Below are positions 35,827-50,265 of a DNA stretch of 64,000 nt, one piece after another (within the stretch, counting starts at the first letter, position 1; the number at the start of each line of letters is the position of its first letter). Location: contig CM022672.1 in assembly GCA_012295275.1 (NCBI GenBank), forward strand, positions 26,722,001-26,786,000. Reading direction: 5' to 3'. This stretch comes from Chrysomallon squamiferum (lineage: Eukaryota; Animalia; Mollusca). A program made the translations under genes and the position numbers. The notes below the pieces were generated by a model, which was not told the DNA's origin, did no database searches, and saw only the letters and a program-made list of their open reading frames with translations.

Positions 35827-38800
35827 AATTTTTTAAGAAACCTTTTAAATAATAAGCAAACACTGATCTGAAATCTACAGTGTTATTGTTTCCTTTATTA
35901 AACAAGTAAATATCACTAAATAAAAATTATTTTTAATTATTTTCTCTTTACATATCTTTGTGCACTGAAAAGTACCCATTTTTTTCTTTTTACTCCAGTC
36001 TACTATTATATTAGCCACAACTGCAATTTAACAAAGAAACAAACGACATATGATATTTATTAATTAAAACAAAAAATAATAAAATTAAATATAAAACTAG
36101 AAGTTAATTATATCTTCATACCTCTTACTTTTTCCTCAACCATAAAGGCTGCTTGATAATATTTTTAACCCAGACTGAAGTAGTTAGTTTGGGCGATGTC
36201 CTTGTTTAATTGTGTAAAGCTTAAATGTACACATATTTATATGAAAATACTACTGAAAAATATTGCGAAATAACCAATGAACTTCCTAGTTTTTTATGTT
36301 GTTACTCAGTCATGCATGTCTGACTTTCTAATCTCAAGAGATATTTGTTATTTCAATGATATTTTTAAATCTATTTTAGATATTATAAGGCACAAAATTC
36401 TTTTTTATCATGTCAAACAATTTTTATTAAGTTAATCAAAAACTGTGTGTGCAGTATTATGCCAAATGTAACTAAACAAATAAACAAAAACATCCTCAAC
36501 ATTTTCTAAAATGAAATTATGTTTTTAAAAAATACTACTGATTCTATGACTATTAAAATTAAATAAATTTGACAACTTTCAATGTCAGTATCAACTTCAT
36601 CTTCATTAAAATATAATTACAGCAGAAACAGGTAAATCTGATTTCTATTTTTGGTGATGTTTTGAGATTAGGCCTGTTTTAAATTAACCAAGTTTTACAG
36701 TTTATAAATATGCAAGATGTAACATGTAATACTGGCTTTTCAAATTTAAATTAAATGAGTACAGCAACACAATAACTGTATTAAATAACTTGAAATTTAT
36801 CTACCAAAATAAATAAATAAAATAATTACAACACCTACTGCAAAAATATTTCAGCTGCTGCAACTACTTCTTCAACAACAATAACTACTACTACTACTAA
36901 AATAGTAACAATAATAATATAACAAAAAGAAAGAGAGAAATTGTGTAACTGGCCAGAAAAGACAGAAAACTATTGTTGCATTACATATGCCACGTAGTAA
37001 ATTAATACATTGCTGTATAATATATTATTGGTTTTTTTCATTGTTTTTTGTTTGTTTGTGTGGGTTTGGGGTTTTTTTTATTTTTTTTATTTTGCTTTGT
37101 TTTCTTTTATGGTTTTATTTTCTTTGTTTTTGTTATTTTTTTTGTTTTTTTTTCAATTTGAAAAAAAAATATCTACAAATTAATTCAGGTCAATAATTAT
37201 AACTACATATTTAATATAACAGATTAAGAATTTACAATTGCCATTCTAAAATTACTGCTTACATTTCATTTTTGCTGTTCAAATCAAACATCTTCAAAGG
37301 CTACTGATATAAGATACATGTAATAGTGTAAGAAAAATAAATATAATTATTTGTATTTCCTCATTGAAATAGACATCTGTATATCTACTTGTACTGGTAA
37401 AATGTCTTTAGCTATCATGTACACACTGTTCCTGCCCAATCTGGATGTGCTTGTGAGGTACAACATTGACTGAATAGATCACTGAAATATATAACAGTAT
37501 TTTCTGGTCTATTTCATTATATATCACCCATTCCTGGGAATTCTTGCAACACTTTGAAACTTCTGTGTAATTGTGGCTTAACTGCTACTGTAACTTCTTC
37601 AGTAATGATAAAATGTATTCTAATAATGTCAAATGATAATTCAGACTGGCTGCCCACTCAGATTTACTGTAACTTTTCTTTCCATCTTACTTGCCAAGAC
37701 TTAAGAGTGCAATGAAAAGAAGAGATTGCAAAAATTTCATCAAAAATATATATTCATAAACAATGTTGATTTTCAACTCAGTTTTTCATGCTGGAATCTG
37801 GCAAAAACAACAAAAAATATCTCAAAATGTTTATTTAAATATTAATAATATGAAGCCAAACTTACATTCCTAAATATTAAAATATGCCTGAGATGTCACT
37901 CTTTTGTATCAATTCAATTTTGTAACTTAATTATTAATTGTTCTAAATTACAAGATATGAAACAGTTTTTAATTATTTTTCAAGTATAATTTGGCCCTGT
38001 TTGTATTATTTATGTGTTGGTGTTTCATTGTATGCACTCCTTCTATTTTCATCTGAACTTGTGTAAAAACTCATTTAATCCTTCAATGTTAGTTTTCGAT
38101 TAATTCATTTCCTGTCACAACTTTCTCAGTTTTGGTTAATTATTAGTTTAGTTATTATATAAACAGATTTTTGTATTTATTTATTTCAAATTGATTCTAA
38201 AGTGATTTCTGATGAGGAATTAAACAAGCTGTATATTTTCAATTATTGTTCACTAAGACATCATCAAGTAATGATTTAAAATTGTAGCTTTTACCTAGTC
38301 TTTAAACTGAAGCTGCTTAATTATAATTGTCAACAATTTATGTGTTGGGCTGTAAAAACTCTGAAAAACCTAATCTGTTGTAATGTGAGTAGCTGAAAAC
38401 AAGAAAAACACACAAATTTTTTTTTTTGATAAAATAAATACATATGTTGGACAGAATTCTTGAAGTAAAGAATTCTCTGATATAAATATGCTAAAAAATT
38501 AGAAAGTCAGTATATTTGTTTATTACCTATATATGTTAGGCAAAATAGACTAAAGAGAATGGGGTTTGTTGTGTATTTTAAATAGCAATCTCTATATTTT
38601 AGAAATCCATTGGAAATAGATAAATAAGTAATACTCCAGTGGAATATGGAAACTACATAAATACCGGATATTTTATTTATTTTCAAAAGGTGTGTTTTCA
38701 TACAAACTGCAAAAAGTAAGTTATCCCTAGCCAGACAGAAACAGTTAATCAACCATAACAATCACACAACCTTTGGCAAATCAACTTATACAGTTCAAAA

Positions 38801-41800
38801 ATGTCACAAATGTATTCTTTAAAAGATAGGCATTCCATAAATAAAAGTCTGTTTAGCAAGATGTGTTGAGATTGTGAAACTAGTTTAAATCATCTAGTGT
38901 TATAATTTTCAAATACATTTTTTAAATTGTTTATGGCATTTGTAAAGGTTCAGTTATATGAAGAAGACAGCATTTTATTTGTATTGATGTTTTGATTACG
39001 CAATAATATGTCACATGATAATATTACGCAATAACATGTTATGTGTTAATATTCTCAGTTTTACTGGTGAAGTATGTTTAACTAGTAAAATTATTAGTTA
39101 ATATGGACTAATGTACTCACAAATAATTTAAACTATGTTATTGGCATAAAATAATATTAAACCAAAAAATCATTTATAATTTGTTTTATGATTAACACTT
39201 TTTCTATTACTGGCTACTGAATGTCAAACAGTAATATGGTATTTTTGTCAAATATGATTTTCCTTTTACATTTTGGAATTGTTTTATATTTATTTTCTAA
39301 AGAGTGATCTTTGTCACTGAAATTACCAAAAGAAAAAAAAAAGAAAGAAAAAAAGAAGCAAGCAATCAGAAATGCCTAAAGTCAGATGCATAACCATAAT
39401 ACAATGATTTTTGTATTTAATCCATACTGGAAACATGTATTACAATAAAAAGAAAACGAATCAATCAACACAAAAAATCTAATATAAAATATGTTTATTT
39501 TCTAAGCAGATATCATTTGCAGTTTCCTATACTATTACCTTCATTTATGTAATATTTGTCAGAAAAAATTTATTCTATATCTCAAAAATAATTAAGATGA
39601 AATAACCTTGTTCGTGTCAACAAAATGCTACATGAAATAAATAACAAAACAAACAACAAAAAATGGAAGACAACAAAAAGTCTATAATATTTTTCCAATA
39701 TATTTATTCCAGTGAATAAAAAAAGAAGTTACATTAATTTACGCATTTGTTTGCATATTTTTAATTATTTTCTCTTCACATTTCCTTGTGCATTGAAAAG
39801 TACTCATATTTTTCTTTTTATTCCAATCTAACATTATAGTAGTCACAACTGTAATTTTACAAAGAAACAAACAACATTTGATATTTATTAATTAAAACCA
39901 AAGTTTATAAAATTAAATATAAAACTTGTATAATTATATCTTCAAACCTCCTATTGTTTCCTTTTCCATGATGGCTGCTTGATGTTTTTAACCCAGTCTG
40001 AACTAGTCATAAAATGTTACAAAGTTTAAATATACAAATGTTTATAGAATGATAGCAACATAGACATTTGGCCCAAAATAAATAAAATAGTTGGTAACAG
40101 CCATAAACTCAAACAGAACCAGTGACAGAAATAGAAAAAAGAACAGACAAATTAAGCATTTTCTTTTTTCAATAATTTTTTTTTTTTTTCTGTATATTCC
40201 TTCTCACATGTTCAAATGTACTAAAAATATTTAAAATTGAGAGCTAGTATGATTACTGGAACAATCAATCACATATATATAATTCTGTTTATTTAGTGTC
40301 ACTGGCCTGCCTGGTAATCTAAATATTTAACTGTGTTTTTCTTATCTTGAAAGATATATTTTCTTCTTTAAAAAAATAACCCCAGTGAAATATTTTTCTT
40401 AAAGTATTAAAACAATGATATTTTTGTGCTGTGAAAGAGTTAAATTTGCTCATTTCAAACATCTTCATTCTAAAATAATTAACTTTGTAACCTTAGAGAT
40501 ATTTGTAGTCATAATGATATATTCAGTATATTCCATTTTGGAATTATTAAAATTTTAAAGCTAAATATTTTACTTCTTATGAAAATAATAAATAATTGAC
40601 CGGTATCTTCTTACAACACAGATTTTTTATATTTATTAGCAAAAACAAATTAATATTGAAAGAAAATCCTTTTGAAAAGATCTTGGTTTTAAACATTTGG
40701 ACTTAGTATTTATTTCATTCATTAGGGTTGTTTGGAGGAGTTAAATAAATAAATGAAAAGCAACAAGCATAAAAAATGTATCTGATATTCGATGTCAAAC
40801 AAAGTCAAGTAATACCTTGGAAATAAATGCCAAAAAAACCTTATATACTGGAGAAACTTAAAATGCATTATTGTATAAAAGACTGCATAAAATATTGACT
40901 TTTATAGCTATATAAGGTGTGATACAAGGAAAAGATTTAAAATGATCATACAGTTCGTTCAATGAAGTATTATTTTCATACAATGCATAAAGAACTTTCT
41001 ATTCAAAGACTAACAAAGATATTATAAGGCATTGAAAAATATTTTCATTATATCAAACAGCTTTTATTGACATAATCAAAAAATGCATATGCAATATCAT
41101 GCCTATTAATATTACAGATAACCAATAAAAAAAAAAAAAAACACATTAAAAACCCACAAAATAATAAAAATCCTCAACATTTTTCTACAATGAAATTATG
41201 TTTTTGAAAAACTGCTACTGATTCTTTGACTGTTAAAATTTAATAAACTTGACAAATATCAATGTAAATATCAACTTCATCTTCATTCAAAATAAATGTT
41301 AAAACAGCAGAAACAGGTAAATCAGATTTCTATTTTGGGTGATTCTCTGAGATCTGGCCTCTGTTTTAAATTAAGAAAGTTTTACAGTTTATAATTATGC
41401 AAGACATAATATGTAATACTGGCTTTTTAAATCTGAATGAAATGTGTAGTGCAGGAAAATCTATTTTAAATAACTAGACATCTATGTACCAAAATAAAGA
41501 AAATAAATAAATTAATGAATTACTATTGCTAAACTACTTCTGCTGTTACTACTTCTACTGTACTACTGCTGCTCAGCTACAAGAACTACTGCTGCTGCTA
41601 TTAAAATAATAACAATAATAATAAAACTAAAAGAAAGAAAGAAACTGTGTATTTGGCCAGAAGACAGAATAATTTTCTTGCATTATGCATGCCAAAGGAA
41701 AACTATTTTAAGATTAAGTGTAACTCTGGAATTTTAAATCCTAAAATGTATACATTGTTGGATAATACATGTTTGGTTTTTTTTTTTTGGCAGGGGGGTT

Positions 41801-42184
41801 GTTCTATTTGTTTTTTGTTTGTTTTTGAGGAGGTTTTTTTTGGAGGGTAGCTGCTGATGTTGTGGGTTATTTCTTCTTCTGTTTTTCTTCTTTGGTTATT
41901 ATATTTGTTTTTTAAAATATCTACAAATTAAGTCAGATTAAGAAATATAATTAGATACTTCATATGATAGATTCAGAATTTACAACAGCTATTCTTAAGT
42001 TCTTACATTTCATTTTTCTGTTGAAATCATTAAACTTCAAAGCAAAAATATGCCTGAGATCAATTCACTTTTGTATCAGTTCAATTTCATAATCTATTTA
42101 TTAACAGTTCTAAATTAATTACAAGGTATTTTAAACAGTTTTTAATTATTTTCCAAGTATGATTTGGCCCAGTTGGTATTATTT
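33974..42184. repeat. ~4 kb diverged tandem duplication in stomatin intron 1 (copy 1 33974-38011, copy 2 38027-42184)
   Basis: Colinear matching blocks, e.g. 33974/38027, 34620/38640, 36490/41170, 37880/42045. The paired ORFs 34535-34738 and 38507-38761 are near-identical. Confidence 0.93.
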
Positions 42185-42248
42185 TTCAGGACTAATGATT
42201 GTTCAGATTTCCCCCCTAATATAATGTCCACTTGGCAGTGGTAATTAC

Positions 42249-42296
42249 CTTAACCTCAGCGTTTTGTTTGTCTGGTTGAATGACAAGTAATTCCAT
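42249..42296 (-). CDS. Candidate alternative first exon of stomatin (MELLVIQPDKQNAEVK, phase 0)
   Basis: AAAATGG start context, 16 open codons, AAG|gtaatt donor. In frame with the 27447 acceptor. Confidence 0.4.
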
Positions 42297-44399
42297 TTTA
42301 AATAATTACACCACAGAGAGGGAATGCTTTGATGTCAGTGTTCTTATTGTCAGACGATAAATATTATGAATAGCTTCTTGCTTTTAAGTATTCACCAAAG
42401 ACCAAAATGGCAACTATTTTAAATGAAAACCAAAATAAAAAGTAACAAAAAATATACCTACTTTGAAATGGTGATAAGAATTAAATAACAAAAGGTAATA
42501 TGATAAATAATATCAATCCTAATAAACATCCATCTACATATATTATTATTTAAAGAAAAAAAGTTCACTGCTTTTATAAAAAAACATATATATATATTCA
42601 TTAAGATCTAACAGTATATTATCAGATAAAACCCAAAAAGAATGTTAACTAGTTCAAGACCAAATTGTGACAGCTAATAGATACTTGAAATACAGTCACC
42701 TGAACCTACTGTATTAAAGCACTGTCATTAAACCTAGACAGTAATTCTATATCTACTCTTTATGCATGAAATGACAGTTTACATTGTTGTCATAAGACAT
42801 TCCTTTCAGGATTACTGAAGAAAATATTTAAACCATGTGCCTAACATACTCATTAAAACTGAGCAAAACAAATCAATTTTGTTTACTTGTTTTATAGAAA
42901 AACAACATAAAATGCATATCTATGCCACTTAACAAATTATCTGCCAGTTTAATACTTTTTGAAATATACTATTTTGCTGAGAAAAGGAAACACACAGGAA
43001 AAGAATTAAAACTTTTCAACTAGAACCATTCCATCTTAATACTACAGATCATGATTTGTTATTTGTATAATGATGATAAAACAAGCAATATATAGCTTGC
43101 TATGCTGTTAATATACTAGAAAAACATTTTTTACTTTTATGTGCACCCTCCCATAGACAGGAAAATATCAAAGTGGCTTTGATAACTAGTCTGGATAATA
43201 CATCATTGTGAAATGGAACCAAGGATTGAGCTTCTGATCTAACATGTCTCCAGCTATAATCTAACAAGTTTGATCTTCAGATTCATACAAGTATGAAATG
43301 ATTGACAGCAAACTAATGAAAATTCTCTAGCAAAACCACTCTGAATATGTTGATATTGTAAACTATGCTTGAACATGATGAATTGGGATATAAATTACAT
43401 AAAAATTCATCTCTGGGGTTTTGGTGATAATCAGTATAGTAGTAGTTTTGTTCATAATAAATGGATTATAGTATTCAAATACAGCACAAAGTACACACTA
43501 TTCTGAAATAAATTAATGCAAATGATACAGCATCACTGCAACAGAGAGGAAAGTCAGGCCCATGTAAACAGCAAATAATTCAACACAGTAACAGGCCATG
43601 CAAGCTCTTAGGAATCACTGGTCAATAACTCTGTACAAACCTCTGATTTTCATGGTTTTTTATGATCTCAGTAAAAATATTAAGGTACATAATAAGAGGT
43701 GTAGCACTGATATCTAATTGGTGATGGCAAGGAAGATGAATTTATGAAAGGAGAACAATATTCTCTGATATTTATTTTTCTAATGTTCTCTATGCTAGTG
43801 CAAAGTATTACAAATATTTTTCAAGACAAAATAATAAAAATGCATAGATACACAATATGTAAAAGATAACATACACAACCAAACAGCAAACTAATTATAA
43901 AATCAGTTGTTCAACATGACTGATGATTTAATTCAATTCCACTAATTACTTCTTGGCCAATATATATTTTAATAATTTCTAAGAATTGAACAAACCTTTC
44001 TTCTCACTTAACTCAAGCCTCAAATGTGTGTATTCATGTTTACACACACACACACACACACACACAATATGTATGAATGTATGTATTATGTATGTACATG
44101 ATATTCTTATTACTGCTGGATAGAATATTTAAGGAAATCAATAATGGCAGAACATTCCTACTATATTTCATTTGTGTTTTGGGTTAATTATTTATATAAT
44201 TTAAAATGTATTTATCTGTTAAAATTGGTAATATGTATAATTGTATCCTTTTAATCTTACATTTTCTGCATGTATTGTTCTAACAACCATAACACAAGCT
44301 TTAATACAAACCATAAAGTTTCTCGTTTATAATGATTTTAAAATTTTAAAATAATAAAATAAATTAAATTAAATTAAATTAAATTAAATTAAATAAAAA

Positions 44400-45730
44400 A
44401 TAAACGAATAAATAAATAAATAAATAAAATAAAATAAACCAGTTAAAATTATTCTAATTTTTTCTCGTAACTGTAACAAAGAAAATACCAGACAACTGGC
44501 TGTATTTTCAAAATGTATTTTTATTTGGGTTGTATTTACTGTATTTTATTGAACTATTAAAGTAGCTAAATACATAATTTGTAAATTACCCGATACAGCA
44601 CGTATCTTTTATTATAATTTAGTGATCGTCTCAGCTTCTGTGTTTATTGCAGAAGGCAGCTGCGAGTTTCAAGAGCTGCAGACGTAAATATGTTATAGAA
44701 CAATAATTATATATTGTGTAATATAATTATACTGCCTACCTGATTCCATATCGACTCTCTGAAATCCTTGATCTGCCTTATCGTTTGCCATTGGGTCAAA
44801 AAACCCTTGTCGTTAGCGGAATAAACAATTAAATGTAGTAACCACACTTCGCCGATGTTTTTACGTTGCTATCTAGGTCACAAATCACGGGACCTATTTG
44901 ATTGCACAATTTAGTTTGTGAAGAGATGGCTTTTGTAAAAGTTTATCTCAAATGTATATACTCATAATTTTCATTAAAAATATAATCTTGTCCACTTCTG
45001 CACTTAAAGTATTGAATACGAAAATAGAGCTTTAAAATGTCATGTACTCATTATCTTCTGCTATAAAAGTGAGGTCTCCCGAATGTGACGTCATTGACAG
45101 GTACCTATTTGTGACCTTTCAGCTGAAAATAGTAATACTGAATATTCATGAGCAGCCGAATACACTATCCTCGGAGTTCTTGCCCTTGTTATTAACTGAC
45201 AATGAGCGCCATATGAAAATAGTTAGTGTGGAATTAATGAAGCTTTTCTTATTTTGAATATTGTATCTAAGGTAAGCAAACAAGCATGTTTCGACACACC
45301 ACACACTTTTTGATTTACGTGAATCTGATTAAATAAAAGTAAACTGATAAAATAAAAGCTTATGAACAAACGGCTTAATAATCATATTAGCAGTTCGCGT
45401 TTCAGGGAACAGAAATGTTTGAATTCTGATTCTTCTCCCCCATTCTCCCTCTTCCCTTTGCCCAAACCAGCACGAGGCACAATCTACGCTCACTTGAGTG
45501 GCGTTTACGATTAATATCGACCGTTCTGCTGTGTACATCTTAGAGTAAAATCAGCATTATTATGTCGAACAGAGTTTCTCCAGATCCAGAGGAAAATTTA
45601 CTCACAGACGAAAAGAATCGGCAAGTAAACGACAACCACACAGGGCCAGTATTTAGGGGTAGTCTAAAGGGTAACTCCGAAATCGAAATGACTGAAAGAC
45701 CTTCAACAGCTAAATGCGATATTGTTTATG
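44400..45730. promoter_or_regulatory. CpG-retaining bidirectional promoter region (stomatin on -, unknown gene on +)
   Basis: CpG density rises sharply against CpG-poor introns. Divergent ATG exons at 44791 and 45562. TATAAAA at 45062-45068, TGACGTCA (CRE) at 45086-45093, Inr-like TCATT at 45091-45095. Confidence 0.7.
44740..44791 (-). CDS. STOM: Stomatin first coding exon (MANDKADQGFQRVDMES, phase 1)
   Basis: ATGG start and CAG|gtaggc donor, 52 nt. In frame with the 27455 acceptor and inside a CpG-retaining region. Gives an 870-nt CDS (289 aa). Confidence 0.78.
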
Positions 45731-45733
45731 GAG
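45562..45733 (+). CDS. First coding exon of an unidentified gene (MSNRVSPDPEENLLTDEKNRQVNDNHTGPVFRGSLKGNSEIEMTERPSTAKCDIVYG, phase 1)
   Basis: 172 nt, protein-like hydrophilic composition, strong GAG|gtaagt donor, in a CpG-rich promoter. No convincing downstream exons in the window. Confidence 0.72.
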
Positions 45734-45749
45734 GTAAGTGTAATTAGCA

Positions 45750-45766
45750 TTTATTTATTTATTTAC

Positions 45767-45813
<47 letters not shown>

Positions 45814-46326
45814 CTGTTTATTAATTATATTTATTTATTTATAATTTTATTTTAATTTTTTAATTTTAATTTTTTTATTTACTATTATTTTTATTTATTT
45901 ATTTATTTATTTGTTTTGTTTTTCTGTTTCTTTTCGTTTTTTGATACTTTTGAAAAGAAAGATGACGTGTTATTTGAATTACATATTATTTTGTTAAAAG
46001 TACAATTATTTTATTAGTTTTAAATTACATACAAACTGGTGTTATAATAATAATAATAAAAACTAGAATAAAACAAATAAAAAACCCTATCCACCCAGCA
46101 TTCATTATTATAATACAAATGCATATATTTTTTATTAATTAAATAAATTAAATGAACTAATGAATTTTAATATAATTTTATGGTTATTAAGTACTAAATA
46201 TGTTTTGTTTAACACAACATCTGTTACCACAACTCCATCAACTACTGATAATGTCTTACAGAAAATGCTTTTAGCTGTTGAAGGTTATTAGTAGTAGTAG
46301 TAGTATTTTTATTATTATTATTATTA

Positions 46327-46361
<35 letters not shown>

Positions 46362-46595
46362 CAATCAATTTATTTATTAATTTTATTTATTTATTTATTT
46401 ATTTTAATTTCTTAATTTTTAATTTTTTAATTATTTTTAATTTATTATTATTTTTATTTATTTATTAATATTATTATTTTTTTCCTATTTCTTTTCTTTT
46501 CTTTGGAAAGAAAGGTGACTTGTTATTTGAATTACATATTATTTTGTTCAAAGTACAAGTATTTTCTTAGTTTGAAAGTACATACAAATTGGTGT

Positions 46596-46637
<42 letters not shown>

Positions 46638-46845
46638 TAGCATTAAACAAATAAAAAGAAAACCTATTCACCTGGCATTCATTGTTTATTTATTATAATA
46701 TAGATGCATATATTTTCTATTAATTAAATAAATTAAATGAACTAATGAATTTTAACATTATTGGTTATTAAGTACTAAATCTTTTTTGCATATCACAATC
46801 TCCGTCATCACAACTCCATCAGCTACTGATAATGTCTTACAGAAA
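45750..46845. repeat. ~0.55 kb tandem duplication with (TTA)n tracts (unique cores 45950-46265 and 46503-46845)
   Basis: Colinear similarity from GAAAG.TGAC.TGTTATTTGAATTACATATT to ACTGATAATGTCTTACAGAAAAT. Confidence 0.88.
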
Positions 46846-47944
46846 ATAATGTTCATATGCACCTTTCCAAAGACAGGAAAGTATATCTCACATTTTGATG
46901 TATCAGTCATTGTGCATTGGCTAGAATTGATCATGTGACCCATCAAAAGTTTTGGGTGAGCATTGTATCAACAAAGTGCATTCAGCTCTTATCAGTGGAA
47001 CCAGTTAAAATTAAAGGTCAAAACTTATATTTTAATTTGAAAAGTAAAAATGATTGTTTTGACAATATCTCAACAAATATAATTTTAGAATGTAAAAAAA
47101 AAAAAAAAATTAAGGGTAAGTAAACATAAGTTGAAATTATTAAGTTTAAATGAAAATATTTAATATGCCAATAAGAGAATAATGAAATAATGAATGTAAG
47201 AAAAAAACTGAACAGTAACAGTTGGTTTTTAAGTGGCAATGCCAGGACATTATTTGAAACCCAATGTGTTTTTGGGTGCATATATGGAAATGGATTTAGG
47301 AAATAGGGGTATGCTAAGGTCTGAAGGATTGAGGGGACACTATAAGATTCTCTCTGAAGAAGTTTTTGTAATCTGAAGATGCAGTTTATTACTGGGAGCA
47401 GATAGAAAAAATATTAAATTATCTGTAATCTATACTAATTTAGGCCTATTAAAAAAAATTCTATTTAAAAAAAAATTAAATAAATAAAAGAATCTAAATA
47501 CAAGCTATAATTAGTCAAATATAAATTTGCAAAGGTTAAATGCATCATGCAACACAATACCATCTGCACTGTAACCACCCAGTTAGATTGTGTTTTTTAT
47601 TTTTTATATAAAAAACAACAACAAAAAGTTCATATTTTGTGTTCTTTATGTCAGCTGAGTAAACTATGCAAATATGAATACAAAAAATAAACAAGTTAAT
47701 TTCAATTGCTTGAAACTTGTCATAGGATATTTAATAAACATTTGTAACACCATACCAGTATGGAAATTAGACATAAACTAAAAATCAGGAGAGTATGTTA
47801 TTTTGGATAACATATATAAATGTATTTCTAAAGTTTTTCAATTCATACCACTGTATTAAGCTTCAAGGATAAGCTTATAATAATAATAATAATAATAATG
47901 ACAGTAATAATAATAACAATAATAATATAACAATAATAATGAAA

Positions 47945-47985
<41 letters not shown>

Positions 47986-48111
47986 TTTAATTATATTTGT
48001 TTAAAGTGTAAGCTTCCCATGCTGGTATGATCAGAAAAACATGTGCTTTCATTTCCAAGGGATTGTTTAATTTGTTGTCTCTGCACATCTATTTTTGCTG
48101 ATAATATTTAA

Positions 48112-48160
<49 letters not shown>

Positions 48161-49133
48161 CACAAAATGACATACACAAATACATACTCATGATTAGGTA
48201 AAACCGAACCCCATTGATTTACTCAGTCTAACAGAGTTTTTAATATTTCATTCTATGAAATGACTGGCAATGTGAGCCTCTTTGTCTGTTTTATAATTTA
48301 TTGTTAACAAAGTTTGGTCCTATTTTAGAAATAAATAATCACGCCATTTACAAAAGCAAGCTGTTGTTAATTATATATTGTCTCTGTAGGCTGGGTTAAT
48401 ATATATAAATATAAATATATGTATATGTCTTTATATATATATATATATATATAATGATATTATTATTATTATAATTTTAAAGCAAATATTTATTTATTAT
48501 AATATTATATTTTAAGTATGAACAGTAAAGAAAAGAAAAAGCAAAAATGCTGGGGTAAAATGTGACTGTCATAAATATATATAGATATTTATTTATTTAT
48601 TTATTTATTTATTTATTCTGATTTTATTTACTGATGCAGTTATAGTAATATATTATGCAGTCAGTTATTAGCCACAGTTTTAAAAACAGTGGAAAACTAC
48701 AGAGTTTAGAAGACATCCAATGAAATGAAGTCTGCTAGTCTATTTTGTTTTTGTTATTTTCTATTATTATTAGTAGTTTCATTAAAAAAAAAATTAATTA
48801 TTATTATTGTTTAAAATTTTAAAATATGAATTTATTTTTTTTAAATAAATAACACTATTATTATTTTACTAAATTCTTAAATGTTCTGTTGCAGTGAAGT
48901 ATCTAGTTCAGTTTGACTGATTTGTAAGTTGGCAATCTGCCTTTTGTCATGACTGTTATGCCCTATGAAACATTAGTAATTTTTATAAATTTTAATTTGC
49001 TTGATAATATCAAATCTGTGTATAATCATTTGGTTCAAATGACCACAGTAATATTCTGCATTATTTTTTATATAAAATATTGTTTGAATATACTATGTTT
49101 TATCTATAACATTTAAAACTGATTATAATTTGA

Positions 49134-49179
<46 letters not shown>

Positions 49180-49735
49180 ATGAGTGGAGCACTCTGCATG
49201 TTTTTCTACATTTTAAAAATAAAATCAGCCTACTGTAGTAGCAACAATATGATTCAAAATATTATTTATTTATTTATTTATTTATCAGCATCATGAATTA
49301 TTAATTATTAATTATGCTTGTAAACTTATTTATTAACCATAGTCATATTATTATTAAACATTTATTATCTTAACTGTCTTAAATTTTGTTTCCCCTATCA
49401 TCAGATAAAAACTGATACAGTGGTCCATGTGCATATTTTCTAGATAAAATAGTTTGACTGGTATGCAGACATGACAGAGTTTAGAAATTTTGAAGTAGGA
49501 GATTTGTTATGTATGTTAAAAGCAAATTAGACTGAATTTATAACTCAACTTGGCCCTTTAATATAGCTTAAATATTATTAATTTTATAACTATCACAATT
49601 TTATAAAGTATCAATGCATAATACATTATTTTAGTTACTGCAAATGTAATGCAAGCAGAAAAAAAAAATATATATATATATTGCAAATAATAACAGTGTG
49701 AAAGAAATAACAGCAACAGCAACAACAACAACAAT

Positions 49736-49768
<33 letters not shown>

Positions 49769-50224
49769 AACCTAAACATCAGTAATAATATTAATAATAA
49801 TTTTAATGGGAATAGTGGTAGGGACAGTAGTAGCATCAGAAGTAGTAGTAACAGTGGTAATAGTAGTAAGAGTAACAGTATTAAACTATCAGAATTATTA
49901 GCAGCAGTAATAGTAGTAACAGTAGTACAGCAGAGTCATAGTAATAAAAATAGTATTGTAGAAGTAGAAATAACAGTAGCAGCAATAGCAGTAGTTAGTA
50001 TCCTAACAGGCTGAATAGTACAGAAATAACCTGTTGATTTTTCCTGATTGAGCAAGTTACAGAAATAGCTGTGCTTAGTGGAAACTGAAGTAAAATTCTG
50101 ATTTCTTTAAATTAGTTATTGATTTCAAAAAATTCCTCTTTTAGCTCACATTTCTTCTGTGTTATTACTCTTATGTTGTAATTTTTTATTTTTTATTTTA
50201 TTTTTTATTTTTTATTTTATTTTT

Positions 50225-50265
<41 letters not shown>

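Noticed and set aside
34535-38761. Paired similar ORFs (MLWLDKCF../MLWLINCF..) as a duplicated small gene
   Set aside because: The similarity is explained by the tandem duplication. There is no ATG-based or splice-supported structure, and the ends diverge by frameshift.
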